DNA of 64,000 bases from Sphingomonas sp. GTDB taxonomy: Bacteria > Pseudomonadota > Alphaproteobacteria > Sphingomonadales > Sphingomonadaceae. The stretch is from assembly GCA_031417655.1 (NCBI GenBank), contig JANOVZ010000041.1, positions 19,052-83,051 of the forward strand, in the 5' to 3' direction. Position numbers and translations under genes: made by a program. Every line of letters starts with the position of its first letter. Position 1 is the stretch's first letter. Positions 8,001 to 18,248 of the stretch are shown piece by piece. The notes beneath the pieces are model-generated. The model was not told the DNA's origin. It made no database searches and was given only the letters and a program-made list of their open reading frames with translations.

Positions 8001-10091
8001 CTATATCCGCTCCGCCGAACTCACGGCATCGGTCGCGCGCAATGTCGCGATGATGCGCATCAGGTGCTGGACGTCGTGCACTTCGAGATCGACACGGAAA
8101 CTATGAAAACTGGCGTCGCGGTTCTCGAGCTTCAGGTTGAGGATATTGGCTTTGTGCGTCCCGAAAATCCCGGCCATCACGCCCAATGACCCCGGCTCGT
8201 TTTTAAGCACAACCGCAAGCCGCGCCGCACCGCCGTCCGATCCGTCGCCCCATGCCAGGTCGACCCAGTCGGCATCAATCCCGTCGGCCAATTGAGGACA
8301 ATCAATCGCGTGCACGACAATCGCTTCATCGGCGCGACGCAAGCCGACGATGCGGTCGCCCGGCACGGGATGGCAGCATTCGGCCAGATTGAACGCGACC
8401 CCCGGCGTCAGTCCCTTGATAGAAATCGCCTCGCGCTGCTGCGGCGCGGGCCCCGCCACATCGCCGCCCGCCGAACCCGGCATCAATGCTTCCATGACTT
8501 GCGCATCGGTCAGGGTCCGGCGCGCCACAGCTTCCATCAGCGTACCTTCGTCCGCCAGCTTCAAGCGCTTGAGGGCGGCCGCCATCGCGCCATTCGCCAG
8601 CGTCGCGGGCAAACGCGCTACGATTTCATCATAAATCTTGCGCCCCAGCGCGACATTCTCGCCGCGCTCCTTGTTGCGGACATAGCGCCGGATCGCCGAG
8701 CGCGCTTTGCCCGTCGCGACAAAATTGAGCCACGCCGGCTGCGGCTCCTGCGCTTTCGATTTCAAGATCGCGACCTGATCACCATTTTCGATTTGCGTGC
8801 GCAAGGGTACGACGCGGCCATTGATCTTCGCACCGACCGCTTCATTGCCGAGTTTGGTGTGCACCGCATAAGCAAAATCAACCGGCGTCGACCCTTTGGG
8901 CAACTGGAACAACTCGCCCTTGGGCGTGAACGCAAAGATGCGGTCCTGATACATCGCCATGCGGGTATGCTCGAGCAACTCCTCGGCCGTGTCCGCATTG
9001 TCGAGAATTTCGACGAGATCATCGATCCAGCGCGACGGCACATCGGGACGTTTGGCGCCCTGTTTGTACGTCCAGTGCGACGCCAGCCCATATTCGGCCT
9101 GGGCATGCATTTCCGATGACCGAATCTGGATTTCGATGCGCATTTTTTCCGAATGGATGACCGACGTATGGAGCGAGCGATAACCATTGCGCTTCGGCGT
9201 CGAAACGTAATCCTTGAACCGCCCTGGCACCATCGGCCAGCGCTGGTGAATCGCGCCCAGCGCCGTGTAGCAAGCCGCGTCATCGGGCACGATTGCGCGA
9301 AACGCCATAACGTCGGATAATTGCTCGAAACTGATGTGGCGTTCGGCCATCTTTTTCCAGATCGAATAAGGGTGCTTTTCGCGGCCCGAAATATCGGCTT
9401 CCACACCCGCACGGCTGAGCAGCAGTTTCAGGCCCGATGCGATGCGCGCGACCTGATCGCCGCCGCCCTCATGCAGCTGGTCGAGCCGCTTGGTAATGGA
9501 GGCATAAGCATCGGGCTCGAGCTCGCGGAATGCCAACGTCTGCATCTCGTTCATGAATTCATACATGCCGATCCGCTCGGCAAGCGGCGCATAAATATCC
9601 ATCGTTTCCTTGGCGATGCGCCGCCGCTTGACGGGGTCGCTGATGAAATGCAGCGTCCGCATATTGTGCAGCCGATCCGCCAGCTTGACGAGCAGCACGC
9701 GGATATCATCCGACATCGCCAGCAGAAACTTGCGCAGGTTTTCCGCCGCGCGCTCGTTCTCGGTCTGCGCTTCGATCTTGCTGAGTTTGGTCACCCCATC
9801 AACCAGCCGCCCGACTGAGGGGCCGAACTTAGCGACAATCTCTTCCTGCGTCGTCAACGTGTCTTCGATGGTGTCATGCAGAATGGCTGTCACAATCGTT
9901 TCATCATCGAGGTGCAGATCGGTCAAAATCCCGGCAACTTCAATGGGATGGCTGAAATACGGATCGCCCGACGCGCGCAATTGCGACCCGTGCATCTGCA
10001 TCGAAAAGACATAGGCACGGTTGAGCAGCGCTTCGTCCGCATCCGGGTCATAGCTCTTGACCCGCTCAACAAGTTCATATTGCCTAAGCAT
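8001..10091 (-). CDS. spoT: Bifunctional (p)ppGpp synthetase/hydrolase (HD-SYNTH-TGS-ACT)
   Basis: RASGDPYFSHP, LHDTIED, KLADRLHNMRTL, PKRNGYRSLHT, TPVDFAY, CCHPVPGD. Confidence 0.97.
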   Translation of the reverse strand: MLRQYELVERVKSYDPDADEALLNRAYVFSMQMHGSQLRASGDPYFSHPIEVAGILTDLHLDDETIVTAILHDTIEDTLTTQEEIVAKFGPSVGRLVDGVTKLSKIEAQTENERAAENLRKFLLAMSDDIRVLLVKLADRLHNMRTLHFISDPVKRRRIAKETMDIYAPLAERIGMYEFMNEMQTLAFRELEPDAYASITKRLDQLHEGGGDQVARIASGLKLLLSRAGVEADISGREKHPYSIWKKMAERHISFEQLSDVMAFRAIVPDDAACYTALGAIHQRWPMVPGRFKDYVSTPKRNGYRSLHTSVIHSEKMRIEIQIRSSEMHAQAEYGLASHWTYKQGAKRPDVPSRWIDDLVEILDNADTAEELLEHTRMAMYQDRIFAFTPKGELFQLPKGSTPVDFAYAVHTKLGNEAVGAKINGRVVPLRTQIENGDQVAILKSKAQEPQPAWLNFVATGKARSAIRRYVRNKERGENVALGRKIYDEIVARLPATLANGAMAAALKRLKLADEGTLMEAVARRTLTDAQVMEALMPGSAGGDVAGPAPQQREAISIKGLTPGVAFNLAECCHPVPGDRIVGLRRADEAIVVHAIDCPQLADGIDADWVDLAWGDGSDGGAARLAVVLKNEPGSLGVMAGIFGTHKANILNLKLENRDASFHSFRVDLEVHDVQHLMRIIATLRATDAVSSAERI

Positions 10092-10140
10092 AGCAGCATG
10101 ATGGGGGTTAGTCGGCGCAACATGCAACCGCCGAATTTAT

Positions 10141-10635
10141 TTATTTGCGCTCTATCGGATACGACATTGCAACATCGCACCGGGCATAGGTCGTGCCGTA
10201 AGCGCCCATGATCGCTGGATCATGCACAAAACCCATCTTTTCATAAAGATGGATCGCTGCTTCGCATTTCTTGCTGGTGAGCAGGTAAAGCGTTGTCATC
10301 CCAATCGCCGCCGCACGGTCGATCACCGCGCGCAGCAGGAACTCGCCCGCTTTCAATCCCCGGACGGTTTCGAGCACACCCATCTTGGTCAGCTCGAACA
10401 CGCCGTCATTGGTCTTCATCAGCGCGCACGCGCCAACGATGCCGTGAGTCACGGACGACACCAGCAGGATTGCACCACCCGGATCAAGGATCGTTTCGCG
10501 CGGATGGGTCAGGACATGGCGGTCATGATCCTCGAGCACAAACATGGACTTGATCCACTGCGCATTGATGTCATGAAATGCTGCGGCGTGTTGGTCGGTA
10601 TATTCGACAATCGAAAGTTCGTCATAGGTCGTCAT
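10141..10635 (-). CDS. GNAT family N-acetyltransferase
   Basis: FELTKMGV..VRGLKAG, AAIHLYEKMGF; ATGA overlap with upstream gene. Confidence 0.88.
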   Translation of the reverse strand: MTTYDELSIVEYTDQHAAAFHDINAQWIKSMFVLEDHDRHVLTHPRETILDPGGAILLVSSVTHGIVGACALMKTNDGVFELTKMGVLETVRGLKAGEFLLRAVIDRAAAIGMTTLYLLTSKKCEAAIHLYEKMGFVHDPAIMGAYGTTYARCDVAMSYPIERK

Positions 10636-10856
10636 CGCTGCATCAATAACCAAACCCTGAGCGCACTGGCAAGATTAGGCGGACGCGACGCAGCAATCCG
10701 CTCGACGTCGATTTGCGCAATCAACGCATTGAGGGGCAACCCCGCCGCTCCCGCCGCTTCGCCAAGCGCCACCCAGAATACAGGCTCGAGACTGATCGAC
10801 GTCTCATGCCCCGCAATCGTGACGGACCGTTTGACGGGCGGATGATAGGGGGTCAC
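10632..10856 (-). CDS. Ribbon-helix-helix domain protein
   Basis: KRSVTIAGHETSISLEPVFW...NLASALRVW. Confidence 0.88.
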   Translation of the reverse strand: MTPYHPPVKRSVTIAGHETSISLEPVFWVALGEAAGAAGLPLNALIAQIDVERIAASRPPNLASALRVWLLMQR

Positions 10857-10967
10857 CGCCTTCTTTCCGAAAGAAGCTCAATCGTATCATTCATCGACCA
10901 GTCACAATTTTTCGCTCACTGTCCGTGCATTGGCATCAGCAATGGTGCCTATAGGGGAGGACATCAC

Positions 10968-11675
10968 ATGAAAACGCAATTCGTAATTCTTGTTGCTGTG
11001 GCGCTATCAGGTCCGGCGAATGCTCAGCGGGCGATCACTACTGACAGCGTTAACGCAGCGCCAGCAACTGGTCGATGCTCGGTATCAAAGAATGGTGCCA
11101 TGACCGTAGCCGATTTTAACTTCGATAGCGTCAGTCAGCCCATCAAAATTAGTGTCGGCGCATCAAGTGACCGCATGGTGCCGCCGGTGACATGGCACGC
11201 GATCAATGCGAAAGGCACGGGAACCGCCGGCCGATCAATAGCACCACCTTCAACCTGCGACAGCGCAAAGCTGTCACCATCTGTTGATGATGTCAGCGGC
11301 ACTAATGGCGCAGGATCAAATGATCGAAACCATCAATCTGACGGCGATGTTACCGCGCAAGCCGGTCGTCACAAGGACATGATCGATGTCGTGATCGTAT
11401 CGACAACTGATCGAAACCATCATCCTAACGGCGATGTTGCGGCGCAAACAACCTGCACCATTTCGGGAGATCCTACAAATCCAGGTGTTTCAGTCCAACT
11501 GACGTTGCCGGTCACCAGCAAAGCGACTTTCAAGGAAATGACTTTTACGCGCACAATTGCGGCTGGCGCTGGCGGTTTGCCTATCGTTAACCGCCGCGAC
11601 GCTATTGTTTGTGTTGGGGACAACGGTGCGCCGAGCGACTATTCGATGCTATTGCTACCTGCGGTGCAGAAATAA
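10968..11675 (+). CDS. Secreted hypothetical protein with an internal duplication
   Basis: GGAGG SD, signal peptide MKTQFVILVAVALSGPANA; 40-nt repeat at 11321-11360 and 11408-11447. Confidence 0.7.
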   Translation: MKTQFVILVAVALSGPANAQRAITTDSVNAAPATGRCSVSKNGAMTVADFNFDSVSQPIKISVGASSDRMVPPVTWHAINAKGTGTAGRSIAPPSTCDSAKLSPSVDDVSGTNGAGSNDRNHQSDGDVTAQAGRHKDMIDVVIVSTTDRNHHPNGDVAAQTTCTISGDPTNPGVSVQLTLPVTSKATFKEMTFTRTIAAGAGGLPIVNRRDAIVCVGDNGAPSDYSMLLLPAVQK

Positions 11676-11720
11676 GTAACGTGCGGACGGTCGAAACTTT
11701 GCTTCCGCCACCGGCCGCGT

Positions 11721-12443
11721 TCAATACATATGCTGCCCGCCGTTCAGGCTCAACGTCGACCCCGTCACGAATCCGCCGTCCTCGGACACCAGAAACGCGA
11801 CGCCGCGCGCGATTTCGTTGGCTTGCCCCAACCGCCCAACGGGGATCTTGGCCACGATCTTGGCCAGCACTTCAGGCGGCACGGCGGCAACCATGTCGGT
11901 ATCGATATAGCCCGGCGCGATGGCGTTGACGGTCACGCCTTTCTTCGCACCTTCCTGGGCCAGCGCTTTCGTAAACCCGTGGATGCCCGATTTCGCGGCG
12001 GCATAGTTCACTTGGCCATATTGCCCCGCCTGCCCATTGATCGATCCGATATTGACAATCCGCCCCCATCCGCGCGCGGTCATCCCCCCAAACGTCGCTT
12101 TCGCCATGTTGAAACATCCGCCCAGATTGACGCGCATCACGTCGTTCCAGTCATCGAAACTCATCCGCGCCAGCACACCGTCGCGCGTGATCCCGGCGTT
12201 GTTCACGACAATATCGATGGGTCCCAGGTCGGCCTCAATCCGCGCGCAGCCATCGATGCAGGCCTGATGATCGCCGACATCCCATTTATACACGGCGATG
12301 CCATGTTCTTTCGAAAAGGCCTGCGCCTTGTCATCATTGCCCGCGTAATTTGCGGCAACGGTGATCCCCATGCCTTTCAGCGACAGGCTGATTGCCTCGC
12401 CAATGCCGCGCGTGCCGCCGGTGACGACTGCGATTCGTGCCAT
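11721..12443 (-). CDS. phaB: Acetoacetyl-CoA reductase (PHB synthesis)
   Basis: VTGGTRGIG, NNAGITRD, GQYGQVNYAAAK, LSLNGGQHMY. Confidence 0.95.
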   Translation of the reverse strand: MARIAVVTGGTRGIGEAISLSLKGMGITVAANYAGNDDKAQAFSKEHGIAVYKWDVGDHQACIDGCARIEADLGPIDIVVNNAGITRDGVLARMSFDDWNDVMRVNLGGCFNMAKATFGGMTARGWGRIVNIGSINGQAGQYGQVNYAAAKSGIHGFTKALAQEGAKKGVTVNAIAPGYIDTDMVAAVPPEVLAKIVAKIPVGRLGQANEIARGVAFLVSEDGGFVTGSTLSLNGGQHMY

Positions 12444-12469
12444 ATGCCCTCTCCTTGTTTTGGGGCAGC

Positions 12470-13477
12470 TTAGGCAGGCAAAACCCAGCCTTCAAGCTCC
12501 CGCGCGAGGATAATGCGCAACATCGCGACACCTTCGTCGCTGGCATTGAGACATGGCACGGTAACAAGTTGTTTGCCCCCGCCTTCGACGAACGTCTCGC
12601 GTCCCCGGATGGCGATTTCCTCGAGCGTTTCAAGATTGTCGGCGGAAAACCCCGGCGTGACGACGATAATGTTCTTCATCCCCTCCGCCGCCAGCCGCGC
12701 GAGCGTCGCTTCGGTCGAAGGCTCGAGCCATTTCGCTTTGCCGAGCTTTGATTGAAAACTGACAACAAGATCACGCCCGAGCGCTTCGCCCAGCAGTCGC
12801 GCCGACTTCTGGCACTGGCAATGATAGGGATCGCCTTTCATCAACGTGCTGAATGGCATCGAATGAAAACTGGCCACAATCGCGTCGGGCGTGAAGTCAA
12901 TTTCCGATAGCGTCGTTTCAATCGATGTCTTGAGCGCGGTAATATACGCCGGATCGTCATGATAGGGCGGCAGCGTGCGCAGCGCCGGCTGCCAGCGCAT
13001 GTCCTGCAACTGCTCGAACAGCTTGTCATTGACCGTGCCGGTCGTTGCGCTCGAGTATTGCGGATAGAGCGGCGCGACGAGGATGCGGTCGCACCCCAAT
13101 TCCTTCATCGCTTTCAACCGCTCGCCAATCGACGGCGTGCCATATCGCATCGCGTAATCGACCGTGACGCCCGGGCCAAATGCGCCCGCCAGCGCCGTCG
13201 CCTGATCGCGGGTTATGACTTCGAGCGGGGATCCGTCCTTCATCCACACTTGCTCATAGGCTTCGGCTGATTGCTTGGGCCGTGTGTTGAGGACAACCCC
13301 GCGCAGGATCGGCTGCCACAAAAACGACGGCAATTCGACCACGCGTCGGTCCGACAGGAATTCTTTCAGATAGCGCTTCACACTCTTCGCATCCGGCGCG
13401 TCGGGCGTGCCCAGATTGACGATAAGAACGCCAATCTTGCGCGGCGTAATTGGCGGATGGTCTGCGGGAACAATCAT
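12470..13477 (-). CDS. hemH: Ferrochelatase
   Basis: NLGTPDAP, YLKEFLSDRRVV, PLYPQYS, GDPYHCQC, DNLETLEEI. Confidence 0.96.
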   Translation of the reverse strand: MIVPADHPPITPRKIGVLIVNLGTPDAPDAKSVKRYLKEFLSDRRVVELPSFLWQPILRGVVLNTRPKQSAEAYEQVWMKDGSPLEVITRDQATALAGAFGPGVTVDYAMRYGTPSIGERLKAMKELGCDRILVAPLYPQYSSATTGTVNDKLFEQLQDMRWQPALRTLPPYHDDPAYITALKTSIETTLSEIDFTPDAIVASFHSMPFSTLMKGDPYHCQCQKSARLLGEALGRDLVVSFQSKLGKAKWLEPSTEATLARLAAEGMKNIIVVTPGFSADNLETLEEIAIRGRETFVEGGGKQLVTVPCLNASDEGVAMLRIILARELEGWVLPA

Positions 13478-15663
13478 CGCCGCATCAAGGGCAACGTGCG
13501 ATACCGCTTGCCCGACCCGGCATATAACGCATTGGCAATTGCAGGCGCGACCGGCGGCACGGCAAGTTCCCCCGCGCCACCCGGCGGTGCAGGGCTGTTC
13601 AGCAGCTCGATCTGAATGCGCGGCGCATCGGCAAGGCGCGGAAGGCCGAGTTCGCCCATCCGCACGGGTCCTGCCAGCCCGCGTATCACGTCAACCGGCG
13701 CACCCGTCGCCGCGGCCATTCCGAACATCAATCCACCCGCAATCTGTTGCTTCACAATATCGGGATTGATCACCCGCCCGCAATCGACCACCGCGACCAG
13801 CCGCGAAACGCGCACCCGGCCGCCAGTGCCGCCAAGGTCCGCCTCGGCAAACACCGCGATATGGCTATCGGCCATGCTGTGGCAAGCCAGACCTTGGGCC
13901 GTACCCACGCCACCGCCCTGCCACCCGCCCATTGCCGCCACACGCGACAGGCACTGGGCAAGGCGCGGGTTGTTGCCCAGCGCCGCCATACGGACCGAAA
14001 ACGGATCAACGCCGCTCACCGCGGCCAACTCATCGATAAAACTTTCAGTGAAAAACGCCGTCAGCCCATGCGCCCGCCCGCGCCAGTCGCCCGTCGGCAC
14101 GCCGATCTTTGCCGGATGATGGTCAATCGCATAGCTGGCAAAGGCATAAGGTGGGATCGCACCCTCGACGGCGGACGGCGCACTCTCTCCATAAGCCCCG
14201 CGCATCGCCGCATCGGCATGATTGCCATCCCACACCCGCGCTTTAAGTTCAGCCAGCGTCGCGGGCACAGCAATCTTAGCCAGCCAGCCCTCGACTTGAC
14301 CCGCAGGTCCGACCTTGCCCGTCATCCGCGCTGCCGCCGCCGGACGAAATCGGTCCTGCCGCATATCCTCGGCACGGCTCCAGATCAGTTGCACCGGACG
14401 CTTCAGCCGCTCGGCCAACACTGCGACCTGCGCGGCAATTTCAACTTCGAATTTCCGTCCGAATGATCCCCCAATCATCATCGGGTGCACCGTCACCATA
14501 TCCTCGGCCATGCCGATGGCGTTCGCCGCCGCTTTGGCCGCAAGTCCGGGAACCTGAGTCCCGATCCACAACTGCATCCGCCCACCTTCGATATGCGCGG
14601 TCGCCGCCATCGGCTCGATTGCAGCATGCGCAGCAAGGCCGATCCGGTATTCCGCCGTCACGACCGTCGCCCCGCGAAATGCCGCGCCAACATCGCCGAC
14701 GCTGGCCACCCGTGTGCCTTCATCGAATGCCACGTCCAGCGCTTTGTCGATGCTCCGGTTCCCCGCCAGCGCGCCCGTCGTCACAAACTTGGGCCGCATC
14801 ACCTCGACCGCACGGTTCGCCGCCCACCAGTTTGTCGCAACCGCAGCGATCCACCGTTCGGTCTCGACCACCGACAAGAGACCTAAAACCCTGTTCGCCG
14901 CTGCCTTGTTTACCGATTTCAATCGAGTATCGCCCAGCGGCCCCTGAGCAATCGCTGCAAAAACCATGTCGGGCAAGCGAATGTCCGCCGCAAAATTCGC
15001 CGACCCATCAACTTTCGCCGGCAAATCCAGACGCGGCACCGAATGTCCTGTCAGGCGATTGTCCCTGTCCACGCGCCACGCGACATTGACGGGGACTTTC
15101 AGGCCCGCCGCTTCGGCTGCAACCTCGCCGAAACGCATCCGATCATTGCCCCGCACGACAAATCCCGCTTCGGTGTCACAGGCTTCCCAGTCAGCGTCCC
15201 AACGCTTGGCCGCCGCTACGCACAGCAATGCCCGCGCCGCTGCGCCCGCGTCGCGCAACACAGCCTCGAACGCGCGCACTGACGTAGAGCCCCCGGTCAC
15301 CATTTCGGCGCCGCGCGCGCTCCCGAACCATTCTTCGGCGAGCAATTTGTTGGCATAGACCGGATTGGCTGGTGCTGGTTCGACCCCAACGGTTCGCCAG
15401 TCCGCACCGAGCTCGTCTGCCAAAATCTGCGGCAAGGTCGTATAAACGCCTTGCCCCATTTCGACCTGCGGCACGACAACCGTCACATGCCCATCGACGC
15501 CGATTTTCACAAAGCTGTTAAAAATTTGTTCGCCGGGCACGCCTATCAGATTATCGGGAAAAACACGCGGCCATGCCGCCCAGGCGACGATCAGGCCCAC
15601 GCCCGCCCCACCACCAATTAGGAGACTACGCCGTGAAATGCCCCGAAAATTGTCGTCCGCCAT
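13474..15663 (-). CDS. Xanthine dehydrogenase family molybdopterin-binding subunit (isoquinoline 1-oxidoreductase beta-like)
   Basis: RRSLL Tat-like motif, EMGQG, TGGSTS, GGSFGRK, DCGRVINP, GGAGE. Confidence 0.92.
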   Translation of the reverse strand: MADDNFRGISRRSLLIGGGAGVGLIVAWAAWPRVFPDNLIGVPGEQIFNSFVKIGVDGHVTVVVPQVEMGQGVYTTLPQILADELGADWRTVGVEPAPANPVYANKLLAEEWFGSARGAEMVTGGSTSVRAFEAVLRDAGAAARALLCVAAAKRWDADWEACDTEAGFVVRGNDRMRFGEVAAEAAGLKVPVNVAWRVDRDNRLTGHSVPRLDLPAKVDGSANFAADIRLPDMVFAAIAQGPLGDTRLKSVNKAAANRVLGLLSVVETERWIAAVATNWWAANRAVEVMRPKFVTTGALAGNRSIDKALDVAFDEGTRVASVGDVGAAFRGATVVTAEYRIGLAAHAAIEPMAATAHIEGGRMQLWIGTQVPGLAAKAAANAIGMAEDMVTVHPMMIGGSFGRKFEVEIAAQVAVLAERLKRPVQLIWSRAEDMRQDRFRPAAAARMTGKVGPAGQVEGWLAKIAVPATLAELKARVWDGNHADAAMRGAYGESAPSAVEGAIPPYAFASYAIDHHPAKIGVPTGDWRGRAHGLTAFFTESFIDELAAVSGVDPFSVRMAALGNNPRLAQCLSRVAAMGGWQGGGVGTAQGLACHSMADSHIAVFAEADLGGTGGRVRVSRLVAVVDCGRVINPDIVKQQIAGGLMFGMAAATGAPVDVIRGLAGPVRMGELGLPRLADAPRIQIELLNSPAPPGGAGELAVPPVAPAIANALYAGSGKRYRTLPLMRR

Positions 15664-15782
15664 CGGCTGCCTGATAAGGAGCAGATTCGTATCGCGCTAG
15701 CACCCTTAAACGTCGAAGCCGGACCCGCGCTTTTGCGCAGGCCCGGCCTCTAACCCTCGATAAGCGACCCAAGGGTATCTCG

Positions 15783-16220
15783 TTAGCGGCAGTTGCCGTT
15801 TTTATCGATGGCGCGACCCGCGAGCGCACCGGCACCCGCGCCCAAGATCAAGCCTGTCGTGCTTGGCTCGTTAAAGCGTCCGCCCCGGCCAATCTCGCGA
15901 CCCAGAAGGCCACCCGCAATCGCGCCGATGATCGTGCCGGTCGTCCCACTGCTGCGGCGACACTGGCGATAGTCCTGGCGATACTCCTGACGATTGTCAT
16001 AGCCGCTGTTGCGATAACCACGGTCATAACCACGGTTGTCATAACCACGATCGTTATAACGGCGATCATCGTAACGGCGATCATCATAGCCACGGTCGTA
16101 ACCCCGCCCCTGATAGTAATCGCCACGCGAATAATGGTCGCGCGCCATCGCGGGAGTTGCGGCAACGCCCGTCAGCGTGACACTGGCGACGGCGAATGCG
16201 CCTAGAAAATTCTTCATCAT
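15783..16220 (-). CDS. Secreted glycine-zipper 2TM protein with YD(R/N)RG low-complexity repeats
   Basis: AAGGAG SD, signal peptide, GTIIGAIAGGLLG and GAGAGALAGRAID. Confidence 0.85.
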   Translation of the reverse strand: MMKNFLGAFAVASVTLTGVAATPAMARDHYSRGDYYQGRGYDRGYDDRRYDDRRYNDRGYDNRGYDRGYRNSGYDNRQEYRQDYRQCRRSSGTTGTIIGAIAGGLLGREIGRGGRFNEPSTTGLILGAGAGALAGRAIDKNGNCR

Positions 16221-16286
16221 CGAACGTCTCCTTGCTGACCCATAATTTCGATGGATCGTCATTAGGATGATTCGGGTGGCGCAAAG

Positions 16287-16314
16287 CTGAACATCGCTGT
16301 TAGGCAATGTTCAG
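16287..16314. promoter_or_regulatory. Inverted repeat in a divergent intergenic region, candidate regulator site
   Basis: CTGAACATCGC-N6-GCAATGTTCAG (10/11 match). Confidence 0.4.
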
Positions 16315-16343
16315 GTGACGATGATCGGCTAAAGAAGCCGGTA

Positions 16344-17321
16344 ATGCGCCGCGCGACGTCCATCTTGTTTACGCTGATGCTGGGCCAGTGCGTCGACGGG
16401 TCGATGCCGGCGTTGATCACACCCGCACCCAATCAACGCATCAACATCGCCAGCCAGCCGGTCGCCCTTGATACCTCCTATCCCACACGTCGCCGCGTTG
16501 GTGCTTTAAAATTCATGGGCGCGTGGCATTTGACCAGCGACACGCGCGGGTTCGGCGGGCTGTCCGCGCTCGATGTAAACGCCAATCGCGTCACGGCGCT
16601 GGGCGACGGCGGGACGGTCGTTCGTTTCCGCCTCGGGCGGTTCGGCAATGCCTCGGACGCCACCATTACGCGGTTGCCAGCGGGATGTGGCCGCGTGGTA
16701 CGCAAAATGGATAATGACACCGAATCACTCGCACATGACGCAGCGCGGCGACACTGGTGGGTCGGTTATGAATGGCGCAATTCAATCTGTCGGCTCAATG
16801 CAAACTTTAGCATCGGCGAAGCAACGGCAGCACCACGCGCCATCACAAACTGGCGACGCAAAGGCGGCGCTGAATCGATGACGCGTCTGAGCGATGGACG
16901 CTATTTGCTTATTGCTGAAGAATCACTTGATGATGGCGGGGTCCATCAAATGGTCCTATTCGACCGCGATCCGACGGACCCTGCGGCGATTGCAACAACG
17001 CTCAGCTATCGTCCGCCCGCTGGCTACAAGCCCACGGATGTCGCGCAACTTCCTGACGGACGTCTCTTGGTGCTCAACCGGCGCTTTGCGCTCTGGTCAC
17101 TTTTCACGAGCAAGCTTGTGTTGATGAACGCCCTGCCCGCAAATCCACGCGGCATCCGTCAAGGGCGCGTTATTGCCGACTTCGAATCGCCAACGATTTC
17201 GGACAATTTCGAAGGACTGTCAGTGTCGGTCGAGAACGGCAAACCGATCTTGTGGATCATCTCCGACGATAATTTCATGCGTTGGCAGCGGACGTTGCTG
17301 CTCAAATTCTCGCTGAATTAA
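16344..17321 (+). CDS. Esterase-like activity of phytase family protein
   Basis: [33 protein letters not shown]. Confidence 0.85.
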   Translation: MRRATSILFTLMLGQCVDGSMPALITPAPNQRINIASQPVALDTSYPTRRRVGALKFMGAWHLTSDTRGFGGLSALDVNANRVTALGDGGTVVRFRLGRFGNASDATITRLPAGCGRVVRKMDNDTESLAHDAARRHWWVGYEWRNSICRLNANFSIGEATAAPRAITNWRRKGGAESMTRLSDGRYLLIAEESLDDGGVHQMVLFDRDPTDPAAIATTLSYRPPAGYKPTDVAQLPDGRLLVLNRRFALWSLFTSKLVLMNALPANPRGIRQGRVIADFESPTISDNFEGLSVSVENGKPILWIISDDNFMRWQRTLLLKFSLN

Positions 17322-17608
17322 GCCGCGATCTTCTGCGCCTTGGCGATCTTGCGCTTCAGCCGCTGGACCTTCAGGCTCAGCTTGTCCTCACTCGTCTTGG
17401 TCAGCCAGTTGTCAAGGCCGCCAACATGCTCGACCGAACGAAGGCCGTGCGTCGAAACGCGTAGCTTGACTGATTCGCCTAGCGTATCGGACATCAACGT
17501 TACATTCTGCAGGTTGGGCAGGAACGTGCGCTTGGTCTTATTGTTGGCGTGGCTGACGTTGTTGCCAACCATGCGACCTTTACCGGTCAATTCGCAAATG
17601 CGCGCCAT
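17318..17608 (-). CDS. rpmB: 50S ribosomal protein L28
   Basis: [33 protein letters not shown]. Confidence 0.97.
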   Translation of the reverse strand: MARICELTGKGRMVGNNVSHANNKTKRTFLPNLQNVTLMSDTLGESVKLRVSTHGLRSVEHVGGLDNWLTKTSEDKLSLKVQRLKRKIAKAQKIAA

Positions 17609-17704
17609 CGTGATCGAGTCCTGAATGTTGGGTGTTGTTCGGAAAGTGGCGCGCCTAACGATAATCGCCACTTTCGTCAACCGCCGTGCTGTGTGTAAGC
17701 AACG

Positions 17705-18160
17705 ATGGTGACGTTTCCGCTCCCCGATCCCATGCGCCGCGCGCTTGATATTGCCAAACAAGCGGCATTGGTTGGTGAAGTGCCGGTGGGCGCGGTCATT
17801 GCGCGCAATGGCGAGATCATCGCCACCGGCGCAAATGCCACCCGCAGCGGTAATGATCCGACCGCCCATGCCGAAATCGTCGCGATCCGCGCTGCCTGTG
17901 CTGCGCTCAACACAGATCGTCTGATCGACTGCGATCTGTGGGTGACGCTCGAACCCTGCGCAATGTGCGCCGGTGCCATCGCCCACGCTCGCATCGCCCG
18001 CCTCTATTATGCCGCCCCCGATTCCAAAGGCGGCGGCGTCGAACACGGCGCGCGCGTCTTTGCGCGTCCGACGTGCCATCACCGACCCGATATCACCACA
18101 GGTTTGGGTGAAGCCGAATCAGCGGCATTGCTCAAATCATTTTTTCAGGATCGCCGATAA
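17705..18160 (+). CDS. tadA: tRNA adenosine deaminase
   Basis: [26 protein letters not shown]. Confidence 0.93.
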   Translation: MVTFPLPDPMRRALDIAKQAALVGEVPVGAVIARNGEIIATGANATRSGNDPTAHAEIVAIRAACAALNTDRLIDCDLWVTLEPCAMCAGAIAHARIARLYYAAPDSKGGGVEHGARVFARPTCHHRPDITTGLGEAESAALLKSFFQDRR

Positions 18161-18163
18161 AGG

Positions 18164-18244
18164 CCGTCATTGCGAGGAGCGCAGCGACGAAGCAATCCAG
18201 CGGCACTGTTCGACTGGATTGCTTCGCTAAGCTCGCAATGACGG
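18164..18244. repeat. REP-like palindromic element, family D (GTCATTGCGAG...GCAATCCAG / CTGGATTGC...CTCGCAATGAC)
   Basis: Long inverted repeat between convergent tadA and OmpA-family genes. Confidence 0.85.
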
Positions 18245-18248
18245 AATT

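Noticed and set aside
8001-10856. spoT without an adjacent rpoZ, preceded by RHH and GNAT genes (possible TA pair)
   Set aside because: The GNAT looks like an ordinary metabolic or MarR-associated type and the RHH is a common stand-alone family; no evidence for a TA pair.
15985-16110. Short tandem repeats that could suggest a CRISPR array or VNTR
   Set aside because: They are degenerate 15-nt coding repeats for YD(R/N)RG in the glycine-zipper protein; no spacers and no cas genes.
17609-18082. Long N-terminal extension of L28 in the ORF track
   Set aside because: It is the antisense of tadA; the conserved L28 start is at 17608.
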